This document shows positions 1-9,339 of a DNA stretch of 32,795 bases, in pieces; the first letter of the stretch is position 1; the number at the start of each line of letters is the position of its first letter. The notes beneath the pieces were generated by a model, which was given only the letters and a program-made list of their open reading frames with translations, made no database searches and had not been told where the DNA came from. The DNA is from Bacteroidales bacterium (GTDB lineage Bacteria > Bacteroidota > Bacteroidia > Bacteroidales > JAADGE01), in NCBI GenBank assembly GCA_029934265.1, contig JAOZMN010000001.1, forward strand, positions 1 to 32,795. Reading direction: 5' to 3'. The translations under genes and the position numbers were made by a program.

Positions 1-1
1 T

Positions 2-253
2 CTTGCAAAAAATCATCTTGTAGTAGTGGTGTTTTTTGAAAATACCGAACTCAAAAAAATTACAGACCAAAGTCCTACCAATACGGAAGATATATATATC
101 AAAACGATAGCCGAAAAATTTGCTTACGAAAAACGTCTTATCGTAAAAGAACTTAAAAAGCACGCAATACATACAATTCTCACCGCTCCGGAACATCTTA
201 CCATAAATACAATAAATAAATATCTCGAACTAAAAGCAAGAGGATTGATATAA
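2..253 (+). CDS. DUF58-family protein, C-terminal fragment (gene runs off the 5' window edge)
   Basis: The frame is open from base 2 (LAKNHLVVVVFFENTELKK...). The tail ...INKYLELKARGLI resembles the conserved C-terminus of Bacteroidota DUF58 (MoxR/Bat-operon) proteins. This is recognised from memory only. Confidence 0.45.
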   Translation, partial: LAKNHLVVVVFFENTELKKITDQSPTNTEDIYIKTIAEKFAYEKRLIVKELKKHAIHTILTAPEHLTINTINKYLELKARGLI

Positions 254-262
254 ATGATATAA

Positions 263-393
263 AAGACCGGTATAAAAGGGTAATTTCCGGCAATCAGACC
301 CTTAGGGTTTGAAGTAAACAAATGTAAATAAGACATTTACATTTGTTGGTTTTTGTTAAATTAAACCCTAAGGGTCTTTTTTACACTGAACTC
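263..393 (+). mobile_element. Family A 131-bp MITE-like palindromic element, copy 1 (left terminus degenerate)
   Basis: Inner inverted repeat AGACCCTTAGGGTTT...AAACCCTAAGGGTCT and right terminus CTGAACTC. Flanked by ATATAA / ATACAA (5/6 match). The central 13-bp hairpin AACAAATGTAAAT / ATTTACATTTGTT is perfect. Confidence 0.8.
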
Positions 394-430
394 ATACAAT
401 TTTCATTCAATTATTCATTCAGTCATTTAA

Positions 431-1243
431 CTACTCAACAATAATTTCTTTTTCCGAGACATTGCAAACAGCAAAAAATCCCAAAGCACCTTCCGACATA
501 TTAGTCGGCGGATTACCTTTTTCGGTATCGAAAAGACCACCGTTCCATGTGGTTTCGGATAACACGGCTCTTATATATTTCGCATAAGCCGGACTGAGCG
601 AATATTTTCGGATTTTCAGTTTTGTTCCTTTGGTAAAAAACACTTGCTCTCTTCTTGCCGGAAATAATTGGTTAGTATCCACAGTACCAAGCACATAATA
701 ATACAATAAAGCAGTAGGAATGTTTTCGGAAGAATTTTCCGGCGTAACAGTAATTTGATACATGGCATTTTCTGATTCCGAGTAATTTACATTGCTTGTG
801 TTTATATAATACAACTCACCGTTTTCTTCTTTTTTAATTTCGATTTCCATTTTCGAGACCAAAGGCACGGCTACGGCTTGTGCTGTGTAATTTTTTTCTT
901 TATATTCTATCGAAATTGTAAAATTTCTGTTCAAAACGGCGGAAAATTTCCTTTCGGATATATATTCACCGGCTTTATATTTATTTTCAAAAAAAGGGAA
1001 ACGTTCTATTCCATTAGAAACATACACAACAGCACCCTGAATTACTCTCGGATTTTGGTCTGGCAAAATTTTAGATGCGGTAAGATAAATTTTTTGATTT
1101 TTCAGTTCGTTTGTTATCATTGCTTCCACCACAATTTTTTCCTCTACGGCGGAAGTATCATATATCCATTTAATTTCTTTTTCACAAGAAGTTAAAAATA
1201 AAAATATTATAAAAATACAAAATATTATTTTACTGAATTTCAT
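431..1243 (-). CDS. DUF4249-family lipoprotein (partner of the upstream TonB-dependent receptor)
   Basis: Lipoprotein signal MKFSKIIFCIFIIFLFLTSC. Its position directly after a CarboxypepD_reg-type TonB receptor is the usual DUF4249 context. I chose the ATG at 1243 over the TTG at 1261, because 1244-1261 is repeat-B sequence. Confidence 0.55.
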   Translation of the reverse strand: MKFSKIIFCIFIIFLFLTSCEKEIKWIYDTSAVEEKIVVEAMITNELKNQKIYLTASKILPDQNPRVIQGAVVYVSNGIERFPFFENKYKAGEYISERKFSAVLNRNFTISIEYKEKNYTAQAVAVPLVSKMEIEIKKEENGELYYINTSNVNYSESENAMYQITVTPENSSENIPTALLYYYVLGTVDTNQLFPARREQVFFTKGTKLKIRKYSLSPAYAKYIRAVLSETTWNGGLFDTEKGNPPTNMSEGALGFFAVCNVSEKEIIVE

Positions 1244-1351
1244 AATTAAGTACCCTTGCAAAAGTTATTACACATTTACTTATTTTTAATAGGTTAATTT
1301 ACAGGCATTTGCACAAATGAATGGGCAACATTAAACAGGTCGAAGACCTTA
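1244..1351 (-). repeat. Family B intercistronic element, copy B1
   Basis: On the minus strand it reads TAAGGTCTTCGACCTGTTTAATGTTGC...GTGCAAAT...AATAAGTAAATGTGTAATAACTTTTGCAAGGGTACTTAATT followed by ATG. It fills exactly the gap from the receptor stop codon to the DUF4249 start codon. Confidence 0.7.
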
Positions 1352-4054
1352 TCTGAAATTTATCTTATAGGAAACTGCCGGCACAATTCCGGTAAACGAA
1401 GTTCCGGTTGTAATATATTCATGTTCTGAAATATAATTTACCGGCACGTTAAAACCGCTTCCGTTTTCGGCTTTATTGAAATTTACCGAAACAATATTAT
1501 TACGATTAAAAACATTCACTACCGAAAAAGATAAAACTTGTTTCAAACGAGCTTTTTTATTTTTATTTATTCGCCATTCTGCTGAAACATCTGTTGTGTA
1601 ATATGCCGGCAAACGACTGTTATTACGATTGTTATAAATAGGAATAAGGTATCCGTTATAATCATAAAATTCGTCCGGAGTTGTAATCCGAAAACCTGAC
1701 ATATACACACTCGAAACATTTATCGAAATTCGTTTTGTGATATTATATGATAATACGATATTAAAATTATGAGGAATATCGTAGCGAGCCGGATATTCTT
1801 CCGAATTATTTATGCCCTCTATTTTCATAAAAGCCCTCATGTAAGAATACGAAGCTCTAAATTTAAAATTTCCTTTATTTTTTTCGATATAAAATTCCGC
1901 TCCATAAGATTTTGAATTACCGAAACGCAAATCGTTTTCCAAATTCGGATTCAGCATAATATTTGCATGATTTATAAAATCGAAAACATTTTCCGTTTTT
2001 TTGTAATATGCTTCCAATCCGTATGATATTTCTATACCTTTATACGTTAAGCCCGACGTTGTCTGATACGCATTTTCAGCTTTGATATTTTTCCCGGCAG
2101 GCAACCAAATTTCCATAGAAGTCAGCGGAGTAATCGAATTATTTATCATGTGCAAAAACTGCATATTTTTATCTGCCGAAATTAACAAAAATAGTTTCGG
2201 AATAATAGCATAATTCATTGAAAATCGGGCTTCTATGGCATTTTGAGAGTGGAATTTTTCTTTTTCGTAAATTTCTTTTGTAACACTTCCGGGAATATCA
2301 AAATTAGAGACTTCCGCATAACCATAATTCCCTCTGTTTATTAACCTTATACCGTAATTTAACGAAATTTTATTTGAAATTTTATATTTTTCACCGATAT
2401 ATCCTACCGTTTCGAATACGTTTCCCGGTATTACTGAATAATCATTCCCGAAATTACTTAAAACACCCGGTTTGAAAGTAAAAAATCCAAATGAAATGCC
2501 AAAATTCAATTTGTGTTTTTCGGACAAATAATATGTTAAATCTTCTTTAAGATTGTAATTATTGATATTTGAATTCCAAAAAATATCATAAGTTTTGGAG
2601 TAATGTAAAAAATAGTTGTACAGACTTCCGGAAGTGGTGAAATTTGAAAATATTTTATCGGAAAATTGTTTATTTATACGAAAAGAAAAAGCTGTATTTT
2701 TCCATTCCAAACCTGTTTCCGGGTTGGGCAACAATTTATCTTCACCTCTGTAAAACGAAAAATAATATTGACTTTTTCGTAAAGTTTTAAAGGTAAATTT
2801 TGTATGAAAATCAAAAAAACCAATGTCATAATCACCTTTATGTAAGATATTTAGATGTGATTTACGAAGAGTTGATGAAAATATAAGTTTATTTTTTATT
2901 ATCGGACCGTCAATAGAATAAGTGCCTGTAAAAGGACTCAGCAACACACCGCCGCCGATTTTTTCGGAATGTCCTTTTTTGGTTTGAATATCTGTAATCG
3001 AGGCAGTAACACCACCGGTTTTTATGGGGAAAGACGTTTTATAAAAAGTCATTTTATTGACAGATTCCGGTGCTATGGAAGATATAAAGCCAAGCAGATG
3101 CGAGGGCATAAAAACAGGAGCCTCGTCCAGCAAAATAAGATTATTTGTTTTGTCGCCTCCTCTTACAAAAAAAGAGGCAGCACCTCCGCCAAAAGCTCGA
3201 ACTCCCGGAGTGCTCGACACCGTTTTCAAAACATCATCTTCACCGGCAACGGTTTTGTTTCCGGCAATTTCGGAAGAATTTATTACAACATCTTGCAAAT
3301 TTCCTGAAATCAGCGTATTATCTTGGTCTTTTTCCGTTACTACAATTACATTAAGCTCTGTATTTTTTTCGGTAAGTTTTTCGCTTAAATTAATATTTTT
3401 ATTCAGACAAATATTTCTGAAAATGGAACTGAAACCAATATAAGAATATCGTATTTGATAGGTTCCTTCCGGTAATTTCAATGAAAAAAAACCGTAATTA
3501 TTTGTCGCTACACCTTTGCCGGTACCAACAACGGAAACTATTGCTCCTATAAGTACATTTTCATCATAAGCATCTTTTACATAGCCACTTATCGTAAAAT
3601 ATTTTGAATTATCTCCGGAGGAAGCTTTGTTTTTGCAAATATTCGGTTTGGGAGTAAGAACAATATATTTATCGGTTTGAATATAACTTATATTCAGCTC
3701 GTTAAATAAAATATCAAGTGTTTGATACAAATTTTTATTTCTTACGACAAAACTTATTTTTTGTTCGAGATTTATTTTCTTTTTGCTGTATGAAAAGGAT
3801 ATGGAAGTTTTTTTTTCGATTAATTTAAGTACGTTTTCTAAACTTTTATTTTTTACGTTTATCGAAATTTTATTTTCCGGATTTTTGGTTTGTGCAAATA
3901 TTTTTTGATTAGATAAAATTATAACAAAACTTAATAAACAAATAGTAATGAATATATTAAGTAATTGATTATTTTTGATTGCAGATTTATGATTTTGCTT
4001 TCGCTTGATTAATAAAGTTTTTACAAATATTATAGATACAAATAATTTTGTCAT
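1349..4054 (-). CDS. TonB-dependent receptor with STN and CarboxypepD_reg-like N-terminal domains (FecR-regulated type)
   Basis: 901 aa. It has a signal-peptide-like ...LSFVIILSNQKIFA/QT, an STN-like ISINVKNKSLENVLKLIEKKTSISFSYS, and a carboxypeptidase-regulatory-like ISGYVKDAYDENVLIGAIVSVVGTGKGVATNNYGFFSLKLPEGTYQIRYSYIGF. A long beta-rich barrel region follows. A FecR gene lies upstream and a DUF4249 gene downstream. Confidence 0.85.
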   Translation of the reverse strand: MTKLFVSIIFVKTLLIKRKQNHKSAIKNNQLLNIFITICLLSFVIILSNQKIFAQTKNPENKISINVKNKSLENVLKLIEKKTSISFSYSKKKINLEQKISFVVRNKNLYQTLDILFNELNISYIQTDKYIVLTPKPNICKNKASSGDNSKYFTISGYVKDAYDENVLIGAIVSVVGTGKGVATNNYGFFSLKLPEGTYQIRYSYIGFSSIFRNICLNKNINLSEKLTEKNTELNVIVVTEKDQDNTLISGNLQDVVINSSEIAGNKTVAGEDDVLKTVSSTPGVRAFGGGAASFFVRGGDKTNNLILLDEAPVFMPSHLLGFISSIAPESVNKMTFYKTSFPIKTGGVTASITDIQTKKGHSEKIGGGVLLSPFTGTYSIDGPIIKNKLIFSSTLRKSHLNILHKGDYDIGFFDFHTKFTFKTLRKSQYYFSFYRGEDKLLPNPETGLEWKNTAFSFRINKQFSDKIFSNFTTSGSLYNYFLHYSKTYDIFWNSNINNYNLKEDLTYYLSEKHKLNFGISFGFFTFKPGVLSNFGNDYSVIPGNVFETVGYIGEKYKISNKISLNYGIRLINRGNYGYAEVSNFDIPGSVTKEIYEKEKFHSQNAIEARFSMNYAIIPKLFLLISADKNMQFLHMINNSITPLTSMEIWLPAGKNIKAENAYQTTSGLTYKGIEISYGLEAYYKKTENVFDFINHANIMLNPNLENDLRFGNSKSYGAEFYIEKNKGNFKFRASYSYMRAFMKIEGINNSEEYPARYDIPHNFNIVLSYNITKRISINVSSVYMSGFRITTPDEFYDYNGYLIPIYNNRNNSRLPAYYTTDVSAEWRINKNKKARLKQVLSFSVVNVFNRNNIVSVNFNKAENGSGFNVPVNYISEHEYITTGTSFTGIVPAVSYKINFR
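3976..4023 (+). repeat. Family C 48-bp repeat, copy C1 (inside the 5' coding end of the TonB receptor gene)
   Basis: TGATTGCAGATTTATGATTTTGCTTTCGCTTGATTAATAAAGTTTTTA is about 44/48 identical to 23812-23859. On the minus strand it encodes about residues 12-27 (KTLLIKRKQNHKSAIK) of the receptor ORF. Confidence 0.7.
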
Positions 4055-4097
4055 GGTACTTTATACGTTTCATCAAAGAAAGTTTGTTATTTTGTCG

Positions 4098-4161
4098 GCT
4101 CAAACTTGCCGAAAGAAGAGTTAAAACCTATTAAACAAATTCTTCTTCCGACGGTTTGAGC
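4098..4161 (-). promoter_or_regulatory. Long imperfect stem-loop between the FecR stop and the TonB-receptor start
   Basis: GCTCAAACTTGCCGAAAGAAGA (4098-4119) pairs with TCTTCTTCCGACGGTTTGAGC (4141-4161). The stem is about 20 bp with a few mismatches around a ~21-nt loop. Confidence 0.4.
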
Positions 4162-4169
4162 TAATATAA

Positions 4170-5126
4170 TTAAAGAGCCGAACTTACATAAATAATTTTA
4201 CCCTCTGTTCTGATTTTAAGCGTATTATTAATTTTTAAGACCGAAATTATGACATCAAATTTTTCGTTTTTGAATGTTGATGTTAAAGTTTGATTTAAAA
4301 TTTTATCATCTTTTATTACAATTTTATATCCATAGGCTTGTTCCAACAATTCAAAAACTTCACGCAGAGTAGTTTCTTCAAAAATAAATTCTTTTGTTTT
4401 CCACGACAAGTAATTTTTACTTTTTATATTTTCGATAATGAATTTTTGTGTGTCTTTATCGACTGTTACACTTTCCCCTTTTTTCACCCTTACTTTATTC
4501 TTTTTTTGAGTATCTGAAACTTCTACTAAACCCTCTTTTACAATCACTTGTATATTGTCGCCAATATCCGATACAACAAATTTAGTCCCCAATACTTTCA
4601 CACTGTAATTATCCGTTTTTACGATAAAATTTTTCCCTTTTTTATCTTTCGTTACTTCAAAAAATGCCTTACCTTTTAACTTAACAAGTCGGCTGTTTTT
4701 TTTGTATGAAATTATCGAATTTGAAGAGAGTGTAATTTTACTGCCGTCCTGCAAAGCTTTCTCGATTATTTGATTTTCGGCTTCAAGTGTATATTCTTTA
4801 TTGATTGAAAATAAATAAAACAATCCGAAAATTATTGCGATACTTGCTGCTACACTATATGACAAAACTCTGAGTTTAACACTTTTAGCCTTCTTTTGTT
4901 GAGTTTTTTTCTTAAATAAATTCCATTCTTTATTTACATCAATATTTTTAATTTCATTCTCGGAATTATTATCTATTAAATTTACGGTTTTAGAATATTC
5001 ACTATATATCTTCTCGAATTCAGGGTCTTTTTTTACCCTGTTTAAGAATGCGACATTTTCTTGGGAGTTAAGCTCTCCATTTAACTGCCTTAATATTAAT
5101 GCTATATCTTTTTCGTCAGGTTTCAT
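4170..5126 (-). CDS. FecR-family anti-sigma factor / transmembrane sensor
   Basis: 318 aa. It has an N-terminal cytoplasmic segment, a single TM helix (VLSYSVAASIAIIFGLFYLF), and a FecR-like periplasmic domain (KGKAFFEVTKDKKGKNFIVKTDNYSVKVLGTKFVV). It lies immediately upstream of an STN-domain TonB receptor. Confidence 0.8.
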   Translation of the reverse strand: MKPDEKDIALILRQLNGELNSQENVAFLNRVKKDPEFEKIYSEYSKTVNLIDNNSENEIKNIDVNKEWNLFKKKTQQKKAKSVKLRVLSYSVAASIAIIFGLFYLFSINKEYTLEAENQIIEKALQDGSKITLSSNSIISYKKNSRLVKLKGKAFFEVTKDKKGKNFIVKTDNYSVKVLGTKFVVSDIGDNIQVIVKEGLVEVSDTQKKNKVRVKKGESVTVDKDTQKFIIENIKSKNYLSWKTKEFIFEETTLREVFELLEQAYGYKIVIKDDKILNQTLTSTFKNEKFDVIISVLKINNTLKIRTEGKIIYVSSAL

Positions 5127-5177
5127 TATTTTTTTATCTGTATAATTGTTACACCTATTTATATATATACCCTTATT

Positions 5178-6158
5178 TTATTTGTAAGTTTTTTCTATTA
5201 AACTTAAAATATCCGAAATTTCTTCCGGCTCGGTGCTTGTTAGTAATCTTAAACGAATTTCTTTAAAATTTGGTAACCCTTTGAAATACAAGGCAAAATG
5301 TCGTCTCATTTCATAAATTCCTCTTATTCCGCCTTTAATTTCGAGTGATTTTTTCAGATGTAATCTCGAAATTTTTATTTTTTCGGACAAACCCGGTTCC
5401 GGCAATATTTCACCGGTTTTCAAATAGTGTTTTATTTGTCGAAACACCCACGGTTTGCCGATTGCAGCTCTGCCTATCATTATTCCGGATACTCCGTATT
5501 TTTCAAAATGTTGTTTTGCATTTTCCGGTGTTTTTATGTCGCCGTTTCCTATTATCGGGATTTTTATTTCGGGGTCATTTGCTATTTTTCCTATTAAAGT
5601 CCAATCGGAAGTTCCTTTGTAAAGTTGTGCTTTTGTTCTGCCGTGTATTGTCAATGCTTTTATCCCTATCTGTTGTAATTCTTTTGCAACTTCTTCTATT
5701 ACAATGATTTCACTATCCCAACCGAGACGAGTTTTTACCGTTACCGGAATTTTCACGGCATTGACGATTTTCCTTGTCATTTCGTACATTTTCGGTAAAT
5801 CCCTAAGCATTCCCGAACCGGCTCCTCTGTTTGCAATCTTTTTTACCGGACAGCCGAAATTAATATCTATCAAATCAGGTTTATATTCTTCTGCTATCCG
5901 TGCCGCTTCTACCATCACATCAATATTATGACCATATATTTGTATGCCGACAGGACGCTCTTTTTCTTCAATTTCTAATTTTGAAAAACTTTTTTTCACG
6001 TTCCTGACAAGTGCTTCCGATGGGACAAATTCCGTATATAACATATCGGCTCCGTACTGTTTGCAGATATATCGAAAAGATTTATCGGTAATATCTTCCA
6101 TCGGAGCGAGTAATAACGGTTGCTCGCCAAATTCTATATTTCCTATTTTGAAACTCAC
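5178..6158 (-). CDS. dusB: tRNA-dihydrouridine synthase (DusB-like)
   Basis: 326 aa. LLAPMEDITDKSFRYICKQYGADMLYTEFV..., INFGCPVKKI, and a TIM-barrel flavoprotein pattern typical of the Dus family. Confidence 0.85.
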   Translation of the reverse strand: MSFKIGNIEFGEQPLLLAPMEDITDKSFRYICKQYGADMLYTEFVPSEALVRNVKKSFSKLEIEEKERPVGIQIYGHNIDVMVEAARIAEEYKPDLIDINFGCPVKKIANRGAGSGMLRDLPKMYEMTRKIVNAVKIPVTVKTRLGWDSEIIVIEEVAKELQQIGIKALTIHGRTKAQLYKGTSDWTLIGKIANDPEIKIPIIGNGDIKTPENAKQHFEKYGVSGIMIGRAAIGKPWVFRQIKHYLKTGEILPEPGLSEKIKISRLHLKKSLEIKGGIRGIYEMRRHFALYFKGLPNFKEIRLRLLTSTEPEEISDILSLIEKTYK

Positions 6159-6178
6159 TTTTGTGATTTGTTATTTAT

Positions 6179-6309
6179 GAGTTCAGTCTAAAAAGTAGAT
6201 TTTCTCGAAATCAGACCCTTAGGTTTTTAAGTAACAATCTACAAATCAAACATTTAGATTTGTTAAATTTTGTTAAGTCAAACCCTAAGGGTCTTTTTAT
6301 ACCGAACTC
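6179..6309 (+). mobile_element. Family A MITE-like element, copy 2
   Basis: Exactly 131 bp, from GAGTTCAGTCTAAAAAG to CTTTTTATACCGAACTC. A perfect 6-bp direct repeat ATTTAT lies at 6173-6178 and 6310-6315. Confidence 0.9.
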
Positions 6310-6342
6310 ATTTATTATTGAAGATTTTTTATAATCATAAAT

Positions 6343-6473
6343 GAGTCCGGTCTAAAAAGTATATCTCTTCGCAATCAGACCCTTAGGGTTTTAAGTAATA
6401 TACTATAAATTAGATATTTAGGTTCTTTAAATTTTGTTAAATCAAACCCTAAGGGTCTTTTTATACCGAACTC
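6343..6473 (+). mobile_element. Family A MITE-like element, copy 3
   Basis: Exactly 131 bp. A perfect 6-bp direct repeat ATAAAT lies at 6337-6342 and 6474-6479. It sits 33 bp from copy 2. Confidence 0.9.
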
Positions 6474-6478
6474 ATAAA

Positions 6479-8053
6479 TCAAATAAGTTTTCCTTTTTCG
6501 GGATAATCTATATTATAATGCAGTCCTCTGCTTTCTTTTCTTTTTGCAGCCATTTCGATTATCAGATATGCGACATTAATGGCATTGCGAAGGCGACAAA
6601 TTTTAAATGAAACTTTAGATTTATTATACTGTTTTTCGGTTTCTCGGTTTAAAATTTCAAGTCGAGACATCGCTCTTTTTAAACGCAAATTAGAACGAAC
6701 AATTCCCACATAATTAGACATTATTTGTTGTAACTCTTTAAATTCTTGAGTTATAAGTATCATTTCTTCCAAATCGTTTGTCCCTTCGTCGTTCCAATTA
6801 GGTATTTCATTATTGATTTTTATTTTACCGATTTTTTTGGCGGAAATTTTTGCCGAAATATTTGCATATACAACAGCTTCGAGTAATGAATTGGACGCAA
6901 GACGATTAGCACCATGCAAACCGGTAGCGGCAACCTCTCCGCCGGCATACAGATTTTTAATGGAAGTTCGACCTTTTTTATTAACTTTTATCCCTCCGCA
7001 GAGGTAATGTGCAGCAGGAACAACAGGAATATAATCTTTTGTAATGTCAATACCTGTTTCAAGACATTTTTTGTAAATATTCGGAAAATGTCCCTCTAAA
7101 TCTTCTTTACTTATATTTGTACAATCCAAATAAACGTATTCCGAACCGGAAATTTTCATTTCGTTATCTATCGCTCTGGCAACAATATCACGAGATGCAA
7201 GTTCTTTGCGAACATCATATTTTTGCATGAAACATTTTCCGTCGAAAGTAAGCAACTTTGCACCGAAACCTCTTATGGCTTCCGTAATAAGAAACGAAGG
7301 ACGTTCTTTTAAATTGTACAAAGCCGTTGGGTGAAATTGTACAAATTCCATATTTTCAATAATGCCTTTTGCCCTGTAAACCATAGCAATACCGTCGCCG
7401 GTAGCAATTTCCGGATTCGTGGTGGTATGATAAATATTTCCTATTCCGCCGGTGGCAATATAAGTAATTTTTGAAAGGATTGTATCAATTTCATTGGTCT
7501 TATTATTAAGGACATAAGCACCGTAACATTCAATTTTTGTTTTTTCTCTAATCACTGCATATCCCATTTGATGTTGTGTCAATAGGTCTATTGCAAAATG
7601 ATTTTCCAATATTTCAATATTCGGACAGCTTTTAATTTTTTCGACAAGTGCTCTTTGTATTTCAAATCCGGTCTTATCTTTATAATGTAATATTCTGTTT
7701 TCTGAATGCCCACCCTCTTTGGCAAGGTCAAAATCACCATCAGGTTTTGTGTCGAATTTAGTACCGTATTCTATCAATTTTTCCACCATTTCTCGACCTT
7801 CAGAAACAACCATTTCGACAACGTCTTTATTACAAAGTCCATCGCCGGCTTTCAGCGTGTCTTCTATGTGTTTCTTTTTTGAATCCGGTTTGTATGTTAC
7901 GGTTGCGATACCGCCCTGTGCATAATTTGTGTTGGTGTCGTCTATTTTTGATTTTGTAACCAAACACACTTTCCCGAATTTTGCAACTTTCAGTGCATAC
8001 ATCAAGCCGGCAATTCCGGAACCTATTACAAGAAAATCAGTTTCTTTACTCAT
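6479..8053 (-). CDS. nadB: L-aspartate oxidase
   Basis: 524 aa. FAD-binding N-terminus DFLVIGSGIAGL, then ...YAQGGIA..., HPTAL, RxxxGLHGANRLASNSLLE, which is the fumarate-reductase/NadB family pattern. nadC is nearby. Confidence 0.9.
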   Translation of the reverse strand: MSKETDFLVIGSGIAGLMYALKVAKFGKVCLVTKSKIDDTNTNYAQGGIATVTYKPDSKKKHIEDTLKAGDGLCNKDVVEMVVSEGREMVEKLIEYGTKFDTKPDGDFDLAKEGGHSENRILHYKDKTGFEIQRALVEKIKSCPNIEILENHFAIDLLTQHQMGYAVIREKTKIECYGAYVLNNKTNEIDTILSKITYIATGGIGNIYHTTTNPEIATGDGIAMVYRAKGIIENMEFVQFHPTALYNLKERPSFLITEAIRGFGAKLLTFDGKCFMQKYDVRKELASRDIVARAIDNEMKISGSEYVYLDCTNISKEDLEGHFPNIYKKCLETGIDITKDYIPVVPAAHYLCGGIKVNKKGRTSIKNLYAGGEVAATGLHGANRLASNSLLEAVVYANISAKISAKKIGKIKINNEIPNWNDEGTNDLEEMILITQEFKELQQIMSNYVGIVRSNLRLKRAMSRLEILNRETEKQYNKSKVSFKICRLRNAINVAYLIIEMAAKRKESRGLHYNIDYPEKGKLI

Positions 8054-8350
8054 TAATTTATAAAATTATGAATTTGCGAAATTTTCAAGTCGCAAATGTA
8101 ATTACTATATTTATAAATTAAGAAGTTTTAGCATGAAAATCAAAAAATATGAAGTTTTGTCATAGTATTATTATGTATGCAGTTATAATGTCATATTTTT
8201 ATAAAACGGCATAAGTATTGATAAGAAATAATTTTAAAATAAAACTATATTGCAGACAATATCAAACTTAAATTTCATATTAACGTAATGTTTTAAAAAT
8301 TAATAAATTCCGGAAATTTAAAACTTCACAAATTAAAGTACATATACAAA

Positions 8351-8941
8351 ATGGAAACTGTCGAGATAAAATCATATCAAAATCTTATAGAAAATATCAA
8401 TAACAACGAAAAATCGTTTGCATTGCTTTACAAAAAAGAATCCGAGCAAAGCGAATGCGCTTTAAGTAATTTTAACAAAGCGGCTTCCGAAAATAAAGAA
8501 GTCGGAAAATATACGGTAAACGTTGCCAAAGTTCGAGATATTCACGGAGAATTTTCAATAAAAAGTGTACCTGTTTTATTATATTTTGAGAAAAGTGAAT
8601 TTAAAAATGTAATAAAAGGTTGCAATGATGCCTCTTTTTATCTTAATTTGTTCAATGAAAATTTGTACAGTTCAAAAACGACAAATTCAGACGAGAAGAA
8701 ACAGCCGAAAGTGATTTTATATTCAACACCTTCGTGTTCATGGTGTACTCGAATTAAAAATTATTTTAAAGAACAGAATATCAAATTCAGAAATATAGAC
8801 GTTTCAAAAGACGAAAAAGCGGCAGCAGAAATGGTAAAAAGAAGCGGACAGCAAGGTGTACCGCAAACTTTAATAGGAGGAAAAATAATTGTCGGTTTCG
8901 ATAAAAATAAAATTGATAATTTACTCGGAATCAGAAGTTAA
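8351..8941 (+). CDS. Two-domain thioredoxin-fold protein: degenerate Trx-like N-domain plus glutaredoxin-like (CSWC) C-domain
   Basis: The C-terminal ~80 aa, KVILYSTPSCSWCTRIKNYFKEQNIKFRNIDVSKD...GVPQTLIGGKIIVGF, match the glutaredoxin/NrdH-like pattern. The N-domain has a Trx-like layout (VPVLLYF) but no CxxC. Confidence 0.6.
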   Translation: METVEIKSYQNLIENINNNEKSFALLYKKESEQSECALSNFNKAASENKEVGKYTVNVAKVRDIHGEFSIKSVPVLLYFEKSEFKNVIKGCNDASFYLNLFNENLYSSKTTNSDEKKQPKVILYSTPSCSWCTRIKNYFKEQNIKFRNIDVSKDEKAAAEMVKRSGQQGVPQTLIGGKIIVGFDKNKIDNLLGIRS

Positions 8942-8999
8942 AGTATTTAATCTGTTTATTTATGTTCAACGATTTTTAAATTATTAAAATTATATAAAA

Positions 9000-9287
9000 A
9001 TGAAAGAATTACAACCATTAAACGAGAATGTTCTTCTTAAAATTGAAGAAGAAAAAGGCGAACAAAAAACTGCAAGCGGAATTATCATTCCCGGAACGGC
9101 GGTTGAAAAAAACAATATTGCACAAGTTGTTGCAATCGGTAATATCGAAGATTGTGCAGTATCAATCGGCGATAATGTTCTTTACAAAGAATATTCCGGT
9201 AAGGAAGTAAAATTTGAAGGCGAAAAATTTCTTTTCGTACCTTACGAAGATTTACTTGCCAAAATCGTAGAAACCGATGCAATCTAA
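9000..9287 (+). CDS. groES: Co-chaperonin GroES (no groEL downstream)
   Basis: 95 aa. LQPLNENVLLKIEEEKGEQKTASGIIIPGTAVEKNNIAQVVAIG...GDNVLYKEYSGKEVKFEGEKFLFVPYEDLLAKI matches the Cpn10 pattern. Confidence 0.85.
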   Translation: MKELQPLNENVLLKIEEEKGEQKTASGIIIPGTAVEKNNIAQVVAIGNIEDCAVSIGDNVLYKEYSGKEVKFEGEKFLFVPYEDLLAKIVETDAI

Positions 9288-9339
9288 AGTCTGCAAGCTA
9301 TTTAACAAGGCGTACGCATTTGCGTAAAAACTTTTGTAT

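Noticed and set aside
878-1195. Antisense or shadow ORFs inside larger genes (for example 878-1195, 2969-3443, 5345-6180, 6813-7099, 7719-7925, 13601-15808, 16217-16513, 17366-17629, 19242-20679, 21764-22051, 26613-27364, 29117-29796).
   Set aside because: Each lies wholly within a longer ORF on the opposite strand or another frame that has clear family motifs. Their translations are low-complexity or hydrophobic junk typical of AT-rich shadow frames.
1244-1261. TTG start giving MQGYLI before the MKFSK of the DUF4249 lipoprotein.
   Set aside because: These codons are the conserved 3' end of repeat family B (TTGCAAGGGTACTTAATT). The ATG at 1243 yields a canonical lipoprotein signal peptide.
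4174-4186. AGAGCCGAACTTA inside the FecR 3' end resembling the family A terminus (CCGAACTC).
   Set aside because: Only about 8 nt are similar, none of the inner AGACCCTTAGGG repeat is nearby, and the segment is in-frame coding sequence. It is probably coincidence.
4170-5126. A missing ECF sigma factor next to the FecR/TonB/DUF4249 trio, as a sign of rearrangement.
   Set aside because: The position upstream of fecR is occupied by dusB on the same strand with only a 51-nt gap, and there are no gene fragments. The sigma factor may simply be encoded elsewhere. This cannot be judged from this window.
9313-9326. Hairpin TACGCA-TT-TGCGTA after groES as a terminator.
   Set aside because: The stem is only 5-6 bp with a 2-4-nt loop and no T-tract. 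The adjacent MITE hairpin plus TTTTT is a more plausible terminator.
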